From positions 62,001 through 126,000 of the forward strand of contig JYFJ02000421.1 of assembly GCA_000934665.2 (NCBI GenBank): a DNA stretch of 64,000 nt, read 5' to 3'. Numbering within the stretch: position 1 is the stretch's first letter; the number at the start of each line of letters is the position of its first letter. Positions 1-11,343 of this stretch are shown here, one piece after another. This DNA comes from Catajapyx aquilonaris (taxonomy: Eukaryota). The notes under the pieces were generated by a model that ran no database searches, was not told the DNA's origin, and saw only the letters and a program-made list of their open reading frames with translations. The position numbers and the translations under genes are program-made.

Positions 1-2734
1 AAGGTGCGTTCGTTTTTCCCAAACACTTATCACACACATGGCCGATTCCAGGAACTAGGCTGCCTGCTCCCCTAGCCCTGCCCAACGAATTTTGTCGTCA
101 TAAACTTGAATTATAGCACAACTTGCACTAACATGATGGAGACCTAGATAGAACCTGGGGTGTAATTAATTAAGGTAGGCTTACGCATGTGCAGAATTTC
201 CTCCCCTCCCCCCCCAAAAAAAATAATTATGTCGTCGTTTCGAATGTCTTTTGATACAGGTAAATGAAGACAATTCATGCAACCCACAGTAGGGGGACGT
301 AAAAAAACAAGTTGTACACGTCCAGATCGTAAACTTGTCCACAATTTATACGCTACAGGAATAATAAATGGCGGCATATATGTGCTTTTCAGTCGAATGT
401 CACTCCCGACACTGCACGCTAATTACAATTTGTCAGGTCTGTCAGTGCAGAAGACAACCGAGAAATGAAGTTGCATGATGATGGCAATATAAGTTTCACA
501 GCACCAGGTCGATCACGATCTCAGGTAAAAATGATCTGAAATTTTTCAAAAAAAAAAAAAAGAAATCACCGAGTGTATCATATTTAAAAGATTAGGGTTA
601 CACAGTAGCTTTATTATTGCCCCTGCAGGTAACGAACCGTTTCAAGGTTGGTTATAATTATGATGAATCAGGCTGGCCCTGCAATTAATCACAAGGTCCA
701 TAAGAATGCGCGCACAGGACGCCCTCAATTTTATGGCTTAACCACATGGTCGTATAATTGAAGGGGGTGAATATCTAAGGATCGTAGAACCCCGTGTCGT
801 TTATCATGATGTCAATAATGCCTAATAATGCATGGATATTGGGATCATTTGTTATGATTTTTTCGATGGGGGGNNNNNTGGGGGGGGGGGGAGTTTCGCA
901 CTAGAAAAATCTGTACTAGAACACCATGATTTATGAGCAATTTGGCCTATATTTCATGCGGCCATTTGGAGACGTAGAACCCTGGTTTTCTATTTCGAGA
1001 AGAGCCGAAAGACCAATACCTTACGTACTACAGCCCCCACTCATTGTTCCTTTAACAGTCTATAAATAAAGGTCGTTGGTTTCACGGGATGTTAAACGGT
1101 TTAATGGGAAGAGGTCGTAAATTTTCTGTTATACACCTATGAAGTTTCTGGCCTTTCCGAGGCCCCTTGATAGTTCTAATTCAATGGGATTGTGTGCGCT
1201 GCAATTAAAATTTTTCAATTGCATCACAATAGTCATGCTGGGGGTTTCTTCAGATCATTTGTGAAATATTTCAGTAGAAATATCATGGAGAAAATAAATA
1301 TGGGTCATTACTCAATTACGATCGGGGTACCCCCTGACCCCCAGTCACTCCCTCATAGCATTCGTCTTGCTCCTACACAATATTGATTTCCGCCCATTTC
1401 TCTTCAACAACTTATTAATGGGCAGCTGTGGCTGAGGGATTGGAAGAAGACCCAGCGGACTTTGCACGCGAAGAGCAAAACCCCAGAGCCGTCAGCCAAC
1501 TTTTCTCTTTCTTCTTCTCTTTCTACCCTCTCCCAATTTTCAGACAGGTAAAAAAAATATAAAGGGGTGGGGGTGGAGAGGTGAAATAAATTAATACCAA
1601 AACTTTTCAACAGATTCTGGATAGAATTACCACCTTGATAATTCCCGAGGGGGAGAGGGGGTGAACTTAGGGGGGGTTAATTTCCTTATTTTTTTCTATC
1701 CCCATCTCCCACCCTTCCCCTACTTTTTTTTGGGGGGGGGGGGGNGGTTTGATGCCACGAGGTGGCACGCAAGGGTCTAAAGGAGCAGGAGAGTTTTTCC
1801 TTAGAGGAACGAAGGGTGAGAGGGGGGGAGGGGGGGGGGGAGAAATTAAGACATGAACCGGCTGAAAAACGGCCTGAATATTCATGAGGAGAATTTTTCC
1901 ACAGGTGCTGCTTGCCTACCTTTTCATCCTGAGTGTTTTTCTCAAAGCCGCCCCTTTAATGTTCCTCTCTCATAAGCTTGTTCCACTGCTTCTCATTTTT
2001 GGAGGTGTTTCACAGGTAGCGCTGATCTAAAACACACCCCCCCCCCCCCTTTTTCAGAAGGGTCGGTTGGTTTGAAGGTGGAGACACCTGTCCCCTCCCT
2101 AGTACTTTACTTTCCATTCTCTAGGTTCCTCAGGGCGTTTTTCTCTAATTAAATAAATAAGGGGGGTAGGTGGGGGGGTTGTGTTGATTGCAGAGTTGCA
2201 AGGCATTTGCTTGAGGGTATAGAAAGGGGGCGTTTAACCTTTATTATCCTAGCTTGATGCAACACGCCTTACTACATCATGTGACGTAACATTCAAAAAT
2301 AGAAGCCAAAAATATGTGATATTATGTGATATGCATCATCACCTTATGAATAGAGTGATGCATAGATTTCTACACAGGTTAGGGTCGTAAACTCTACAAC
2401 CAGCTATACTACAGAACCGGAAATGTCAGGCTTGAGGCGACTTTGAGATGCGAATCTGCCGTGAAAACTTTAAAATTATTCCATCACAGATCAGTATTGA
2501 TTTTCTGGGAAGACGAAAAAGTTCTAAACTTTAACAAAATCCTACACCTGGGATAATGGATTTAGCATAATATCTCTGCAGGCTTCTGTCATGTCGCTTC
2601 GAAAGAATGTCAAACATTCTCCGAATGAGTTTTCCAGGTGTCTATGTAATTTTACATCAGCAGTTCCATGCATCAAGGTGTATAAAAGTGATTGGGACTA
2701 AATTAACGCTACTGCACACACATTATAAATATGA

Positions 2735-2925
2735 GGACAACATGGTGGCGTAGTGGTAATCCTTAGTTCAATTTCAGGTCGGACAGAGGAATATTATGTA
2801 TATATAGAAATCGTTCAATAGGTTCTCTTCGTGTTCACGTGGGTTTTCTCGAGATTATCCAATTTCCTCCCGTAATCAAAGTCCATGACAGAGAGGTTAA
2901 TGAATAAAGTCACGAATTAAAAGAT
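2735..2925 (+). mobile_element. Degenerate SINE family B copy (V-domain-type tRNA SINE)
   Basis: Starts ggacaacatggtggcgtagtgg (A-box-like) and contains gttctcttcgtgttcacgtgggttttctcgagattatccaatttcctccc, alignable with the copies at 8932, 9180 and 40709. Confidence 0.75.
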
Positions 2926-2950
2926 ACTACATGTCCTGGCTGCACTTGCT

Positions 2951-3169
2951 CTTACTGGCGTGCGGGAGGCGGGAGGGTAGTAGTCGGTGGGGGCAGCGGG
3001 CTGTGTCGCCAAGATAGGTCTGTATCCGCAAGGAAGGAAGGTTAGGCTTGGCTGGGTTGGGTTGGTACAGCATACCCCTTCCAAAATCCAAAAAATCAAT
3101 CTGCCTTTGCGACATAGCCAAGATGCCCCCAGCCACCACTCCCCCTACCGCGTCTCGCACGCCAGTAAG
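2951..3169. mobile_element. MITE / foldback element with ~60-bp imperfect TIRs
   Basis: Left cttactggcgtgcgggaggcgg...gggggcagcgggctgtgtcgc pairs with right gcgacatagccaagatgccccc...ccgcgtctcgcacgccagtaag. The spacer contains a module also seen at 39740-39796. Confidence 0.7.
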
Positions 3170-6100
3170 GGTTATTCTTTCCCAGGTCCTATGAGGGATT
3201 ATTCTTATTCTTATTTTTATTGCTGACTCGACTACGTAATATCTTAAATGCGCTTGACGAACAGGCTTACCCAGGGTGCTCCACGAAGGGAGACCAAACA
3301 TGCGGAATCAGCAGTACACAATTGCTACTTTTTGGAGAAGTTGACGATACAATAGAGAGAACTTTCATGTCAACTAACATCAACCATGTTAGCGTGTAGG
3401 AAACAGGATGACATATTCTCACAAGATTGATATGCGGAAGATTTCTGAAGATTAACTTAATGATGTTACGTTGTCGACAGTAGACGTAAATTAAATGACA
3501 CGAGAGAAAATATGCAAATCGGCAAGGTACTCAAACACACGGATTCGGTGACCTTTAAGCCTTTATGCATAACGAAAAACAAGTGTGGGGTTACTTGACT
3601 CCGTCCCCGGAACAGTATCTCACTTTTCCCATAAAGCACACCTTTGTGCAGTGACCATATCCTTCAGACCCATCCCTACGAGGTCGTATACCATGTCTGG
3701 TCACCCAACCTTGACCTCCTCCAGAAGCTCCAAACACTTATTGCTACTCGACCCTGGTTTATCGAGCTGGTAGGGGAGTCAACTCTGCTCCAAGACCAGG
3801 GTTGATTCCAGGTCCAATTAAACCCTGCTAAGAGGGGCTGAAACTGGTGCCATTATGTATACAGGAGCAATCCCGGTATGCCTAACACCCAGGATATTCG
3901 ACGCACATGAGATGGACTGCTACTTTCCCATTTCTGCATCTCAACCTGCATGTTACAGTCTGAATTAGTACTGAAAATCCACATGTCAAATTATTTCAAA
4001 ACAATATGGAAAAAATGTATTAAAAATATATTCGCTCGATGACGTATGGCAATGCAATCAATGCACGTCTGTCTTTGCACTGTGTAATCTGCAGTATCAC
4101 CACCATAGCAAATCCTTATGCCCCACACTNCCCCCCAAGAAATCGATAGTATAATTGCGAATGAATAATTCGACTCCATCCCCTTATACACGCAAGTCAG
4201 GGTGTGGAACAAGAATATTCGTTCTGAAACCAAGTTTTAGCATGCATTAAGTGTTAGCGTTGCAAATGGCAACACATTTTGGGCAGTTTGGGAAGAACCA
4301 ACTAACCGCCAGTTGCTAGTCCAGCTGATATTATCCACCCTCGTCCTGTGCGGTGGCTTCAAAGGGGAGTTGGAAATCAAGGTGGGGGTAAAGGTAGGAG
4401 GTAGAAGTAATATCGTAAAATTGTCAGCGCCGCACGACATCGCATGCTTTTACCCAACTAACAGAATTAGTCTAATAGGCGCCTTTGAAGGCAGGCCAAG
4501 TTTCAGGAAGCCCAATGCTGAAGCGCATACTTCATCAAAGCTCTCCCTGTAATGGTTACCAGATTGCAAGCCCACCTTATTATCTCGCATAACTTTGTCT
4601 ACGAGACCAACTTTCTAACGTGTTCTTATTCTCGTCGAGGGATGGGTTTTGGGTAGATACGCCACGAGTGGGACAAAAGTTGACTCAAATTCGTAATGGC
4701 AAAAATTTTCGGGGTCTCTACTTTCCTAATACAAGTGTGTGGTAGGAATTTACATATTGAGGCCCTCATAATGTTGCCCATGGTTACGTAAGTATTGTAA
4801 CCAAGAGAAGTTGCCCGAGAGGTTTACCTATTCAGGTCATAGTAATAATCTAGAGAGGCGAGGGTCCAAGAAATTCCCACCAATACGAAGCTTAAATTAC
4901 TTTTGTTCATCCGAATTATAATACCACGTACAATTGGGAAATCAGTTCGAATTATTTATTTTAAAAATTTTACGCATAAAATTACTCCGGGGTTTTCTAA
5001 TTTGGAGCAAGGTACAGGGTGTCTGAAAATTTCCTTTAAGCATTCAGTTGTTGGGTTGAATATCCGAGAGCAGCCTATTGTTGCCAGCTGTACTTGTATA
5101 TCCAACCATCACTTTGAGTAGTACTGTACCGACCACAAAACCATACCAGATTTTTCATACGGTAAGCGGACTACACAAACACGCGATAAATCATCACTTA
5201 GCAGAACCCGCTTATTATCCCATATTACTTGCAACAAAGTGTGATCCTACTCGACACATTTTGACCCACCCACAAAAAATATAACCCTCCAAAACACTTC
5301 CGCCCAAAACACTTCAAACGCACACCGGTTCCGTAAAACGAAAAGGCGCAAACCCGTCGACAACCCGGCTTGAAAATTGATGTGTCCTATACAATGAACC
5401 CAACCTAATGCAGATGACTTATCAGGCCAGTTCCAAAAATTGGTCAAAAAAATGGTGGGCCAAAGGGGTGTGAGGATGGTGGAGGAGATAAACGTGCTGA
5501 CATGAAAGTGAGGCGGAAACAGGGTTAGAGGCGTCTGTAGGTCTTTTCAGCAGGCGTGTGCATGGTGTGAGGATAGGTGCGGTCGGACTGGGCCTGGGTC
5601 AGAGGTTCCTTTACAGACAGGAAGCACCACAGGGCCCTAACCAGTAATTAAGCGCCAATTAATTGGATGCCCCCTCCGATCTCCTTACGGACAAGCAGCT
5701 GTTTTCTACTGCCGGTTTATTCACTGGACTTGTTCTACACGCCTTTTGTGTGCACCACACCCGTTTCCAAATAGGAGAGTTTGTTTCAGTTTCATATTAG
5801 ATGCCAATCGTATTAGACGTCGGAATGTGCCTGCTGGAGAAGGTCAAATACACGGGAACAACAAAGCAATATTCAAACTTCAGGTTGTGTTATTCACAAA
5901 ATATTCACAAAGAGACATATGCCAGGCATATTCAGATGGGGTTAATTAATATTAATTCGATCTGGAGATGAGTAGATTTGGGTCAGCATAGTCAGCAAGA
6001 TTGTTATCGGGGGCTGCTGCAGAGCTACCCCAAACGGCTAATAAAATGTGAAAGGCTTATCAATGATATCTGCAGTTGTAAATAATTATTGCGGGATAGA

Positions 6101-6383
6101 GCAGGCGGCTCCGGCAAAAATCATTTACCAGCCTGTTGTGATCAAGCTCGTGTTTGTGAAAAAGAGTGCTATCCGAATCTGTTTACGTTGCATTTGATAG
6201 GGACAATAATTGCCGGGTTATGTTCACAGGTGCTGCTCTTCGCATGCAGATAACTCGCTATCCTGCACTTGCGTTTTTAACACTCTGGCACCAGCATACT
6301 GGACAATCGTGGCCAACCAGGACAACAAATTGCCATGCGCTATTGCCTAGTGGCAGTAGTAGTAGTAGTAGCCGCAGCAGCAG

Positions 6384-6752
6384 CAGCGGGGAGCATATAC
6401 TACATAAGAGGCGCAAACTTCTGTCGGCGCCTTTGATGTTCGCGTCTCTCTGTTTGGGGCCGTTGCCAAGGCTGGCGGCCATCTTGAAGTGTGGGGAACG
6501 CTAACGAGGTATAAATAGGGTACAGACAAAAATAGGGTCCACCAACTTTGATGATTTTGGCGGCCATGGCAACTACACGGCAAGAACACGCGCGAATCAA
6601 AGATGGGGACCCTATATATGCCTGTACCCTATTTATACCTCGTTGGCGTTCCCCACACTTCAAGATGGCCGCCAGCCTTGGCAACGCCCCAAACAGAGAG
6701 ACGCGGAAATCGAATGTTTGCGCCTCTTATGTATAGTAAATGCTCGGCCCTG
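6384..6752. mobile_element. Palindromic MITE (~150-bp arms), possibly hAT-like
   Basis: gagcatatactacataagaggcgcaaac...aaatagggtcc (6391-6541) is the reverse complement of ggaccctata...gtttgcgcctcttatgtatagtaaatgctcggccctg (6607-6752). The right end reads CAGGG on the minus strand. It sits in an (AGT/AGC)n microsatellite, so the TSD is unreadable. Confidence 0.85.
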
Positions 6753-6770
6753 GTAGTAGCAGTAGTAGTA

Positions 6771-7074
6771 ATTAATTAATTATAATTTGATACCCCATTA
6801 TCAGCCAACCGGGCTTTTCTAGGGGGGGATTACTCCCAATTTTTTTCTGGAACTCTTCCATTTTTTACTACCTTTTCATCGGAATTAAGCAGGGATAGGG
6901 AAGGAAGGAAGCGGCTGTGGCCTATAATTACGGTAACGACCCCGGAATTGTCCTGCGAGGACCATGGGAAACCACAGAAAACCATGGTCAGGGTCGCCGG
7001 CCTCCGGGATTCGAACCCAGGACCTCCCGATTAGCAGTCGGACACCTTATCCACTCCACCACTACTGCTTCGGT
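6771..7074 (-). mobile_element. SINE family A copy (tRNA-derived)
   Basis: Minus strand has B-box gggttcgaatccc, a gactgctaatc loop, body gtggtttccc...ggccacagccgcttccttcc, a CCCC...GGGG 3' stem-loop and an AT-rich tail. Homologous to copies at 9515, 39218 and 60337. Confidence 0.9.
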
Positions 7075-7075
7075 T

Positions 7076-7145
<70 letters not shown>
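7075..7145. repeat. Compound microsatellite (AGC)n(AGT)n
   Basis: Read directly. Related runs at 6352-6387 and 6753-6770 suggest one microsatellite split by a MITE and a SINE. Confidence 0.95.
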
Positions 7146-8931
7146 TCATCGCATGCATAACGTTTTTTGTGGGAGGCAGGATTGATCTCTCTTCCTAGAC
7201 ATGGCCAATAATAACATAGTAGGTGGCAATGACCCCGCCATGCTGATTCACTTGTTAAGCTACCGTGCCATCTACAGTGTACTGAGCTTGTATCGTCATG
7301 ATGGTAAATCCTTTGAGTCAAAACTACATGTGTTCCGTGCAACCATAAAATACTCTGCACGACATCCAACTGGTCTGGAACTTTGTCACCTCCCCCCAAT
7401 CCTCGCAGAGGGGGATCCGTCCGATAAATAAATAAAAGAAGAAGTGGCCATTAGTAGTCATCGCGACCTTCAATTAAACTTATTGTCCATGTAACGAGGA
7501 CGTAACAGCACGGAGTCGGACTCATTACACGAGCCAGTGCAGTCAGTTGAAATGCTCTCTCCATATGGTCCGATGATGGGGCAATTCACCTGCACAGCTA
7601 ACAGCTTGTCCCCCCCCCCCNCCCCTGCTCTTCCCTATCTCCCCTCCTATTCCCCCGTCCCCCGAGTGGACTGGGAAAAAAATATGGAACCCAATTCACT
7701 TACTCATGCAGTCGTAATTCTAGAAGAGGCGTAGGAATAAGAGACTTCCTGATGGCTGGAATGGGAATTATAAATTAAATGTATATCGGACCAAAATATA
7801 TTAGATATGTAAAAAAAATTAAATTCCCAAACTTCCGCCCCATTTGACCCTTAATTGGCCACAGTCACAAATGCAGGAAACATTTCTCTTGGCCGCTAGC
7901 GCATTTCGCCTACGACAAAATGTATTAATTACGCATACGTCCACAATAATTAAAACCTCCCGACCATTACGTCGTAAGTTACACTTTATGAAGTGGAATT
8001 TCCAGATTTGACAGCAGATAACGAGCTCTAAGCCCCTGATATGTAGTTGCCTCCCTCCCTCCCTCTACCCCCCAGAACCCCCCTCCTTCTTTACAGCAAA
8101 GAGGAGACACCGGTTGGGCTATAATTTAACCGAATTCCACCAGCCCTTATGAACATCTCCATTACAGAGCCCCTTATCTGACCAGCTTGAATATAACGCA
8201 TAACAAGTCCGTCTTTGTGCATGTTCCACAAAAAAAGAAGCATGACAGGAAGTGTATATTGATAGACAAAAAAAATGGCCGTGGGTCAAAGGTCAGCATC
8301 ATTGGCCCTGGACCCGGAACCAATAACTCGCTATTAGTCAAAGGCATCCCCGCACTACACACTGTGCCTTTGTCAACTTCTTCCCAGTAGGTGAGATACG
8401 CCTTTTCTCTCTTTCTCTCTTTTTTTTCTTTCCTCGAATTTTTTCTCTTCTATTTGGCAACGCAGGGGGGAGTAAATCATGGATGACACCTTTATGGAGC
8501 GAATCTCGCCTGGTTCTCGTTTTCAGCTATGCCGGCTATCACGGCCACCAGCACAAGTGGCACCAGAGAGTGTCGGAGGAGATATTGATGCCCACTATAT
8601 GAAAATTGTTCATACATGTCTAGCGCCGTATGTTGTTTCCTCCACTTCTTTGGCAGCCCTTATAGAAATTGTCAGCTGGATACAAATCCAGCACGAAACT
8701 TATGGGATGGCATGCTGGAAGTATCAAAACGCTGGCACTGTATAATTATTAAAAATCGAGAGACAGCTCGATCCTATTTCACTGTATATGCACATCAATA
8801 GTTTAGACCGTAGTACAATGCATAAAGTGCCATTACAGAACTATCACGGTGCAAATTTAAAATCGGAATGAGTCAAAGAATAGCCCTAATATTATGTCCA
8901 CATGTGCTTTAGAATAAGCAGCTTTACCACA

Positions 8932-9160
8932 ATCCCCGGGTCGGACGGAGGATACTTATAAATGTACATAGAGTTTCGATGGGTTCTCTCCGTGTTCGCG
9001 TGGTTTTCTCAGGATTCTCCCGTTTCCTCCCCAATCAAAATCCACCACAGCGCAGGCAATGATTAAAGTCGGGTATTTAAAAGATGATCCCCTAAGAGGA
9101 CCAAGGAGGCCTATCACGTGGTATCCATTGTTGTTGTTGTTGTTGTTGTTGTTATTATAA
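8932..9160 (+). mobile_element. 5'-truncated SINE family B copy (V-domain-type) with (TTG)n tail
   Basis: gttctctccgtgttcgcgtggttttctcaggattctcccgtttcctcccc, then 3' stem-loop cccctaagagg...cctatcacgtgg and (TTG)n at 9128-9153. Confidence 0.85.
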
Positions 9161-9179
9161 TTATTAAAACTATGACAGT

Positions 9180-9438
9180 TAATAATAGATACCCCGGGAT
9201 AAGCCTTCTCGAGCTTTTTAGGGGATCTTCTTTTTAATTGACCGACTTTAATCATTGCCTTTGCTGTGATGGATTTTGATAGCGGGAGGGAACGGAAGAA
9301 CCCCGAGAAAACCCACGCGAACACAGAGAGAACCCATCGAAACTCTGTCCACATAAGCATCCTCTCGATCCGGGGATCGAACTCGGGACCTTAGAGGTGG
9401 AAGGCTTTGGCGCTAAGAGTTTACCAACTTTTCACAAT
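9180..9438 (-). mobile_element. SINE family B copy (V-domain-type)
   Basis: Minus strand: B-box gagttcgatccc (9373-9384), V-like domain, 3' stem-loop cccctaaaaagctcgagaaggcttatcccgggg. Tail-to-tail with the 8932 copy. Confidence 0.9.
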
Positions 9439-9514
9439 ATGGAGGGCTTGTTATGTTTCAGCAGTGTGTTAACATGTGGAAGATTGGTAAAATCCCCCAC
9501 CCCACTCCAATTTT

Positions 9515-9785
9515 GTATTTATATTATTTTTATTTATTTATTTATTTATACCCCTTTGGGAGAATCAGCGCTCCATTGGGGGGTGGAGTACCACCATTGG
9601 ATGGGGCCAAGGACAGGGAAGGAAGGAGGCGGCTGTGGCCTATTATACGAAAACAACCCCGGAATTATCCTAGGGGGACGGTGGAAAACCACAGAAAACC
9701 ACGGCCAGGGTTGCCGGCCCTGGGATTCGAACCCAGGACCTCTCGATTAGCAGTCGGGCTCCCCACCACACCAACTTGCTTCGGT
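9515..9785 (-). mobile_element. SINE family A copy with 16-bp TSD
   Basis: Same head and body as the other A copies. TSD accccac(t/a)ccaatttt at 9499-9514 and 9786-9801. (TAAA)n tail. Confidence 0.92.
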
Positions 9786-11217
9786 ACCCCACACCAATTT
9801 TAGATGGGCCCATACATGCAGTTTTTATGTATAGGCCTACTGTGTAGTTGGAACAATTCCAGCACATCTAGCGGCACAGTGCCGAAGGAGTTTAGCCGTT
9901 GCAGTACCATAGTATCTGAAGCACTGCACCTACAGATAGTTCCACCTCCGTGTCAAAAAGCCTACTTAACTAATTCAAAAGGTATGTCAGAATCAGAACT
10001 ACCGGTATCTTAGATTTAATAAGCAGGATATCAAATGGCCAGTTTGCATCTATATCATTGCAGAATTTGTAATTCCACTTGAAAGGACAGAGGTGGGTTA
10101 TTTTGACATTGAGTCATCTGGTGACACATTTAAATGAGCTAAGTAATTTGCAGCATCGTGACAGGCCTAGTTAATAAAACCTTAACGCTTATTTTCCACC
10201 ATGCCTTCATCTTAGACACACACACAAAAAAGGATTGTGATCAAGTCCATCCTCTCAACAACATAGCAGCATCAAAATCCTGGTCCAAACACCAACTACA
10301 CCCACCATCTCCCCTCTCAACACCCGCCACCCCGAATCCCCAACAAAGCCGCCGTGATGTCACTCTTGCTGATGATCCCAGTTGAATAGCCTTGTAATTA
10401 GCAATCAACCCCTCCGCACCCCTACCTCACCATGAGTTTCTCACTACCGTGGTTCATGGCAGGTATTGCATCATCGTCATGACGTGCCCCCCCCCCCTCC
10501 CCCTGCATGTGTACGTACTCTTTTGGCCGATGTCAAAGCCTTGCCTAATTCCAACCATATTCGCGCCTAATCTCTCATGTTCTGCCACCATGGGGGAATA
10601 TAAACTAGCCCATCCACTCCCTAATCTCTGCCCTGCAATGGCCATTTGCATTTAGATGGGGCCCGAGTATCAGATAACCGGGCGGAGGTCCAGCTGGGCG
10701 CTTGGCGGCTCTGTCATCGAGGGCGGAGGGGGGGGGGGGGTGATGGAGGTAGGGCTGGAGGGGATGATGGGGATGCCAAGATCATCCTCTCTCACATCCC
10801 ACATGCACTCAAAACAGTGTCCAGTTTCCAGCATGGTGTGTGAGGCGTGAACACATCATTGATGTCTTCTGGGTTAGTGTGGGCAGGGGGAGATGCCTTT
10901 TGGAACAACATGGTACGGCCTTTCCCGAAAAGCGGAGAGGTGTTTCCAAAAGCTCTTGTGAGATCCTGCCTAATGCAAGGCTTATACAAGATAGCCTGCG
11001 GTGGAGGTAATAAAAACAAGCGCTTGGACCCACTCTCTAAAGCGCCAACTATTCACCATTTTCAATCAATTAGGGTTTAGGGAACCAGATCCGGCCTCCT
11101 TCCTTAAAATATTGCCACTGATCTTTAGGCGAAACTGGAGATGTTCATTATAGGATGTGTGGGTGTGTCAAAATGTACTGGCTTGTTGAAAATCTTTTAT
11201 AACCAAATGCTGTATTA

Positions 11218-11343
11218 GGGCCGGTTTCACCGAGCTCAGTATATGATAAAACCAGGGTTCTTTCTCAAAATCCCTATCTATTTGTATGGGATTTTCCTAA
11301 AGAAACCTGGTTTTATCATATACCAAGCTCGGTGAACCGGCCC
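11218..11343. mobile_element. PIF/Harbinger (Tourist-like) MITE
   Basis: Hairpin gggccggtttcaccgagctcagtatatgataaaaccagg...cctggttttatcatataccaagctcggtgaaccggccc flanked by TTA on both sides (11215-11217, 11344-11346). GGGCC termini with a 3-bp TWA TSD are typical of PIF/Harbinger. Confidence 0.88.

Noticed and set aside
868..892. Poly-G/C runs with N bases (also ~1746, 4130, 7621, 50709) as G-quadruplex elements
   Set aside because: Homopolymer runs with ambiguous base calls are unreliable and give no evidence of function.
6166..7399. Ser/Thr/Ala-rich ORFs
   Set aside because: Produced by the (AGC/AGT)n microsatellites, the MITE and the SINE.
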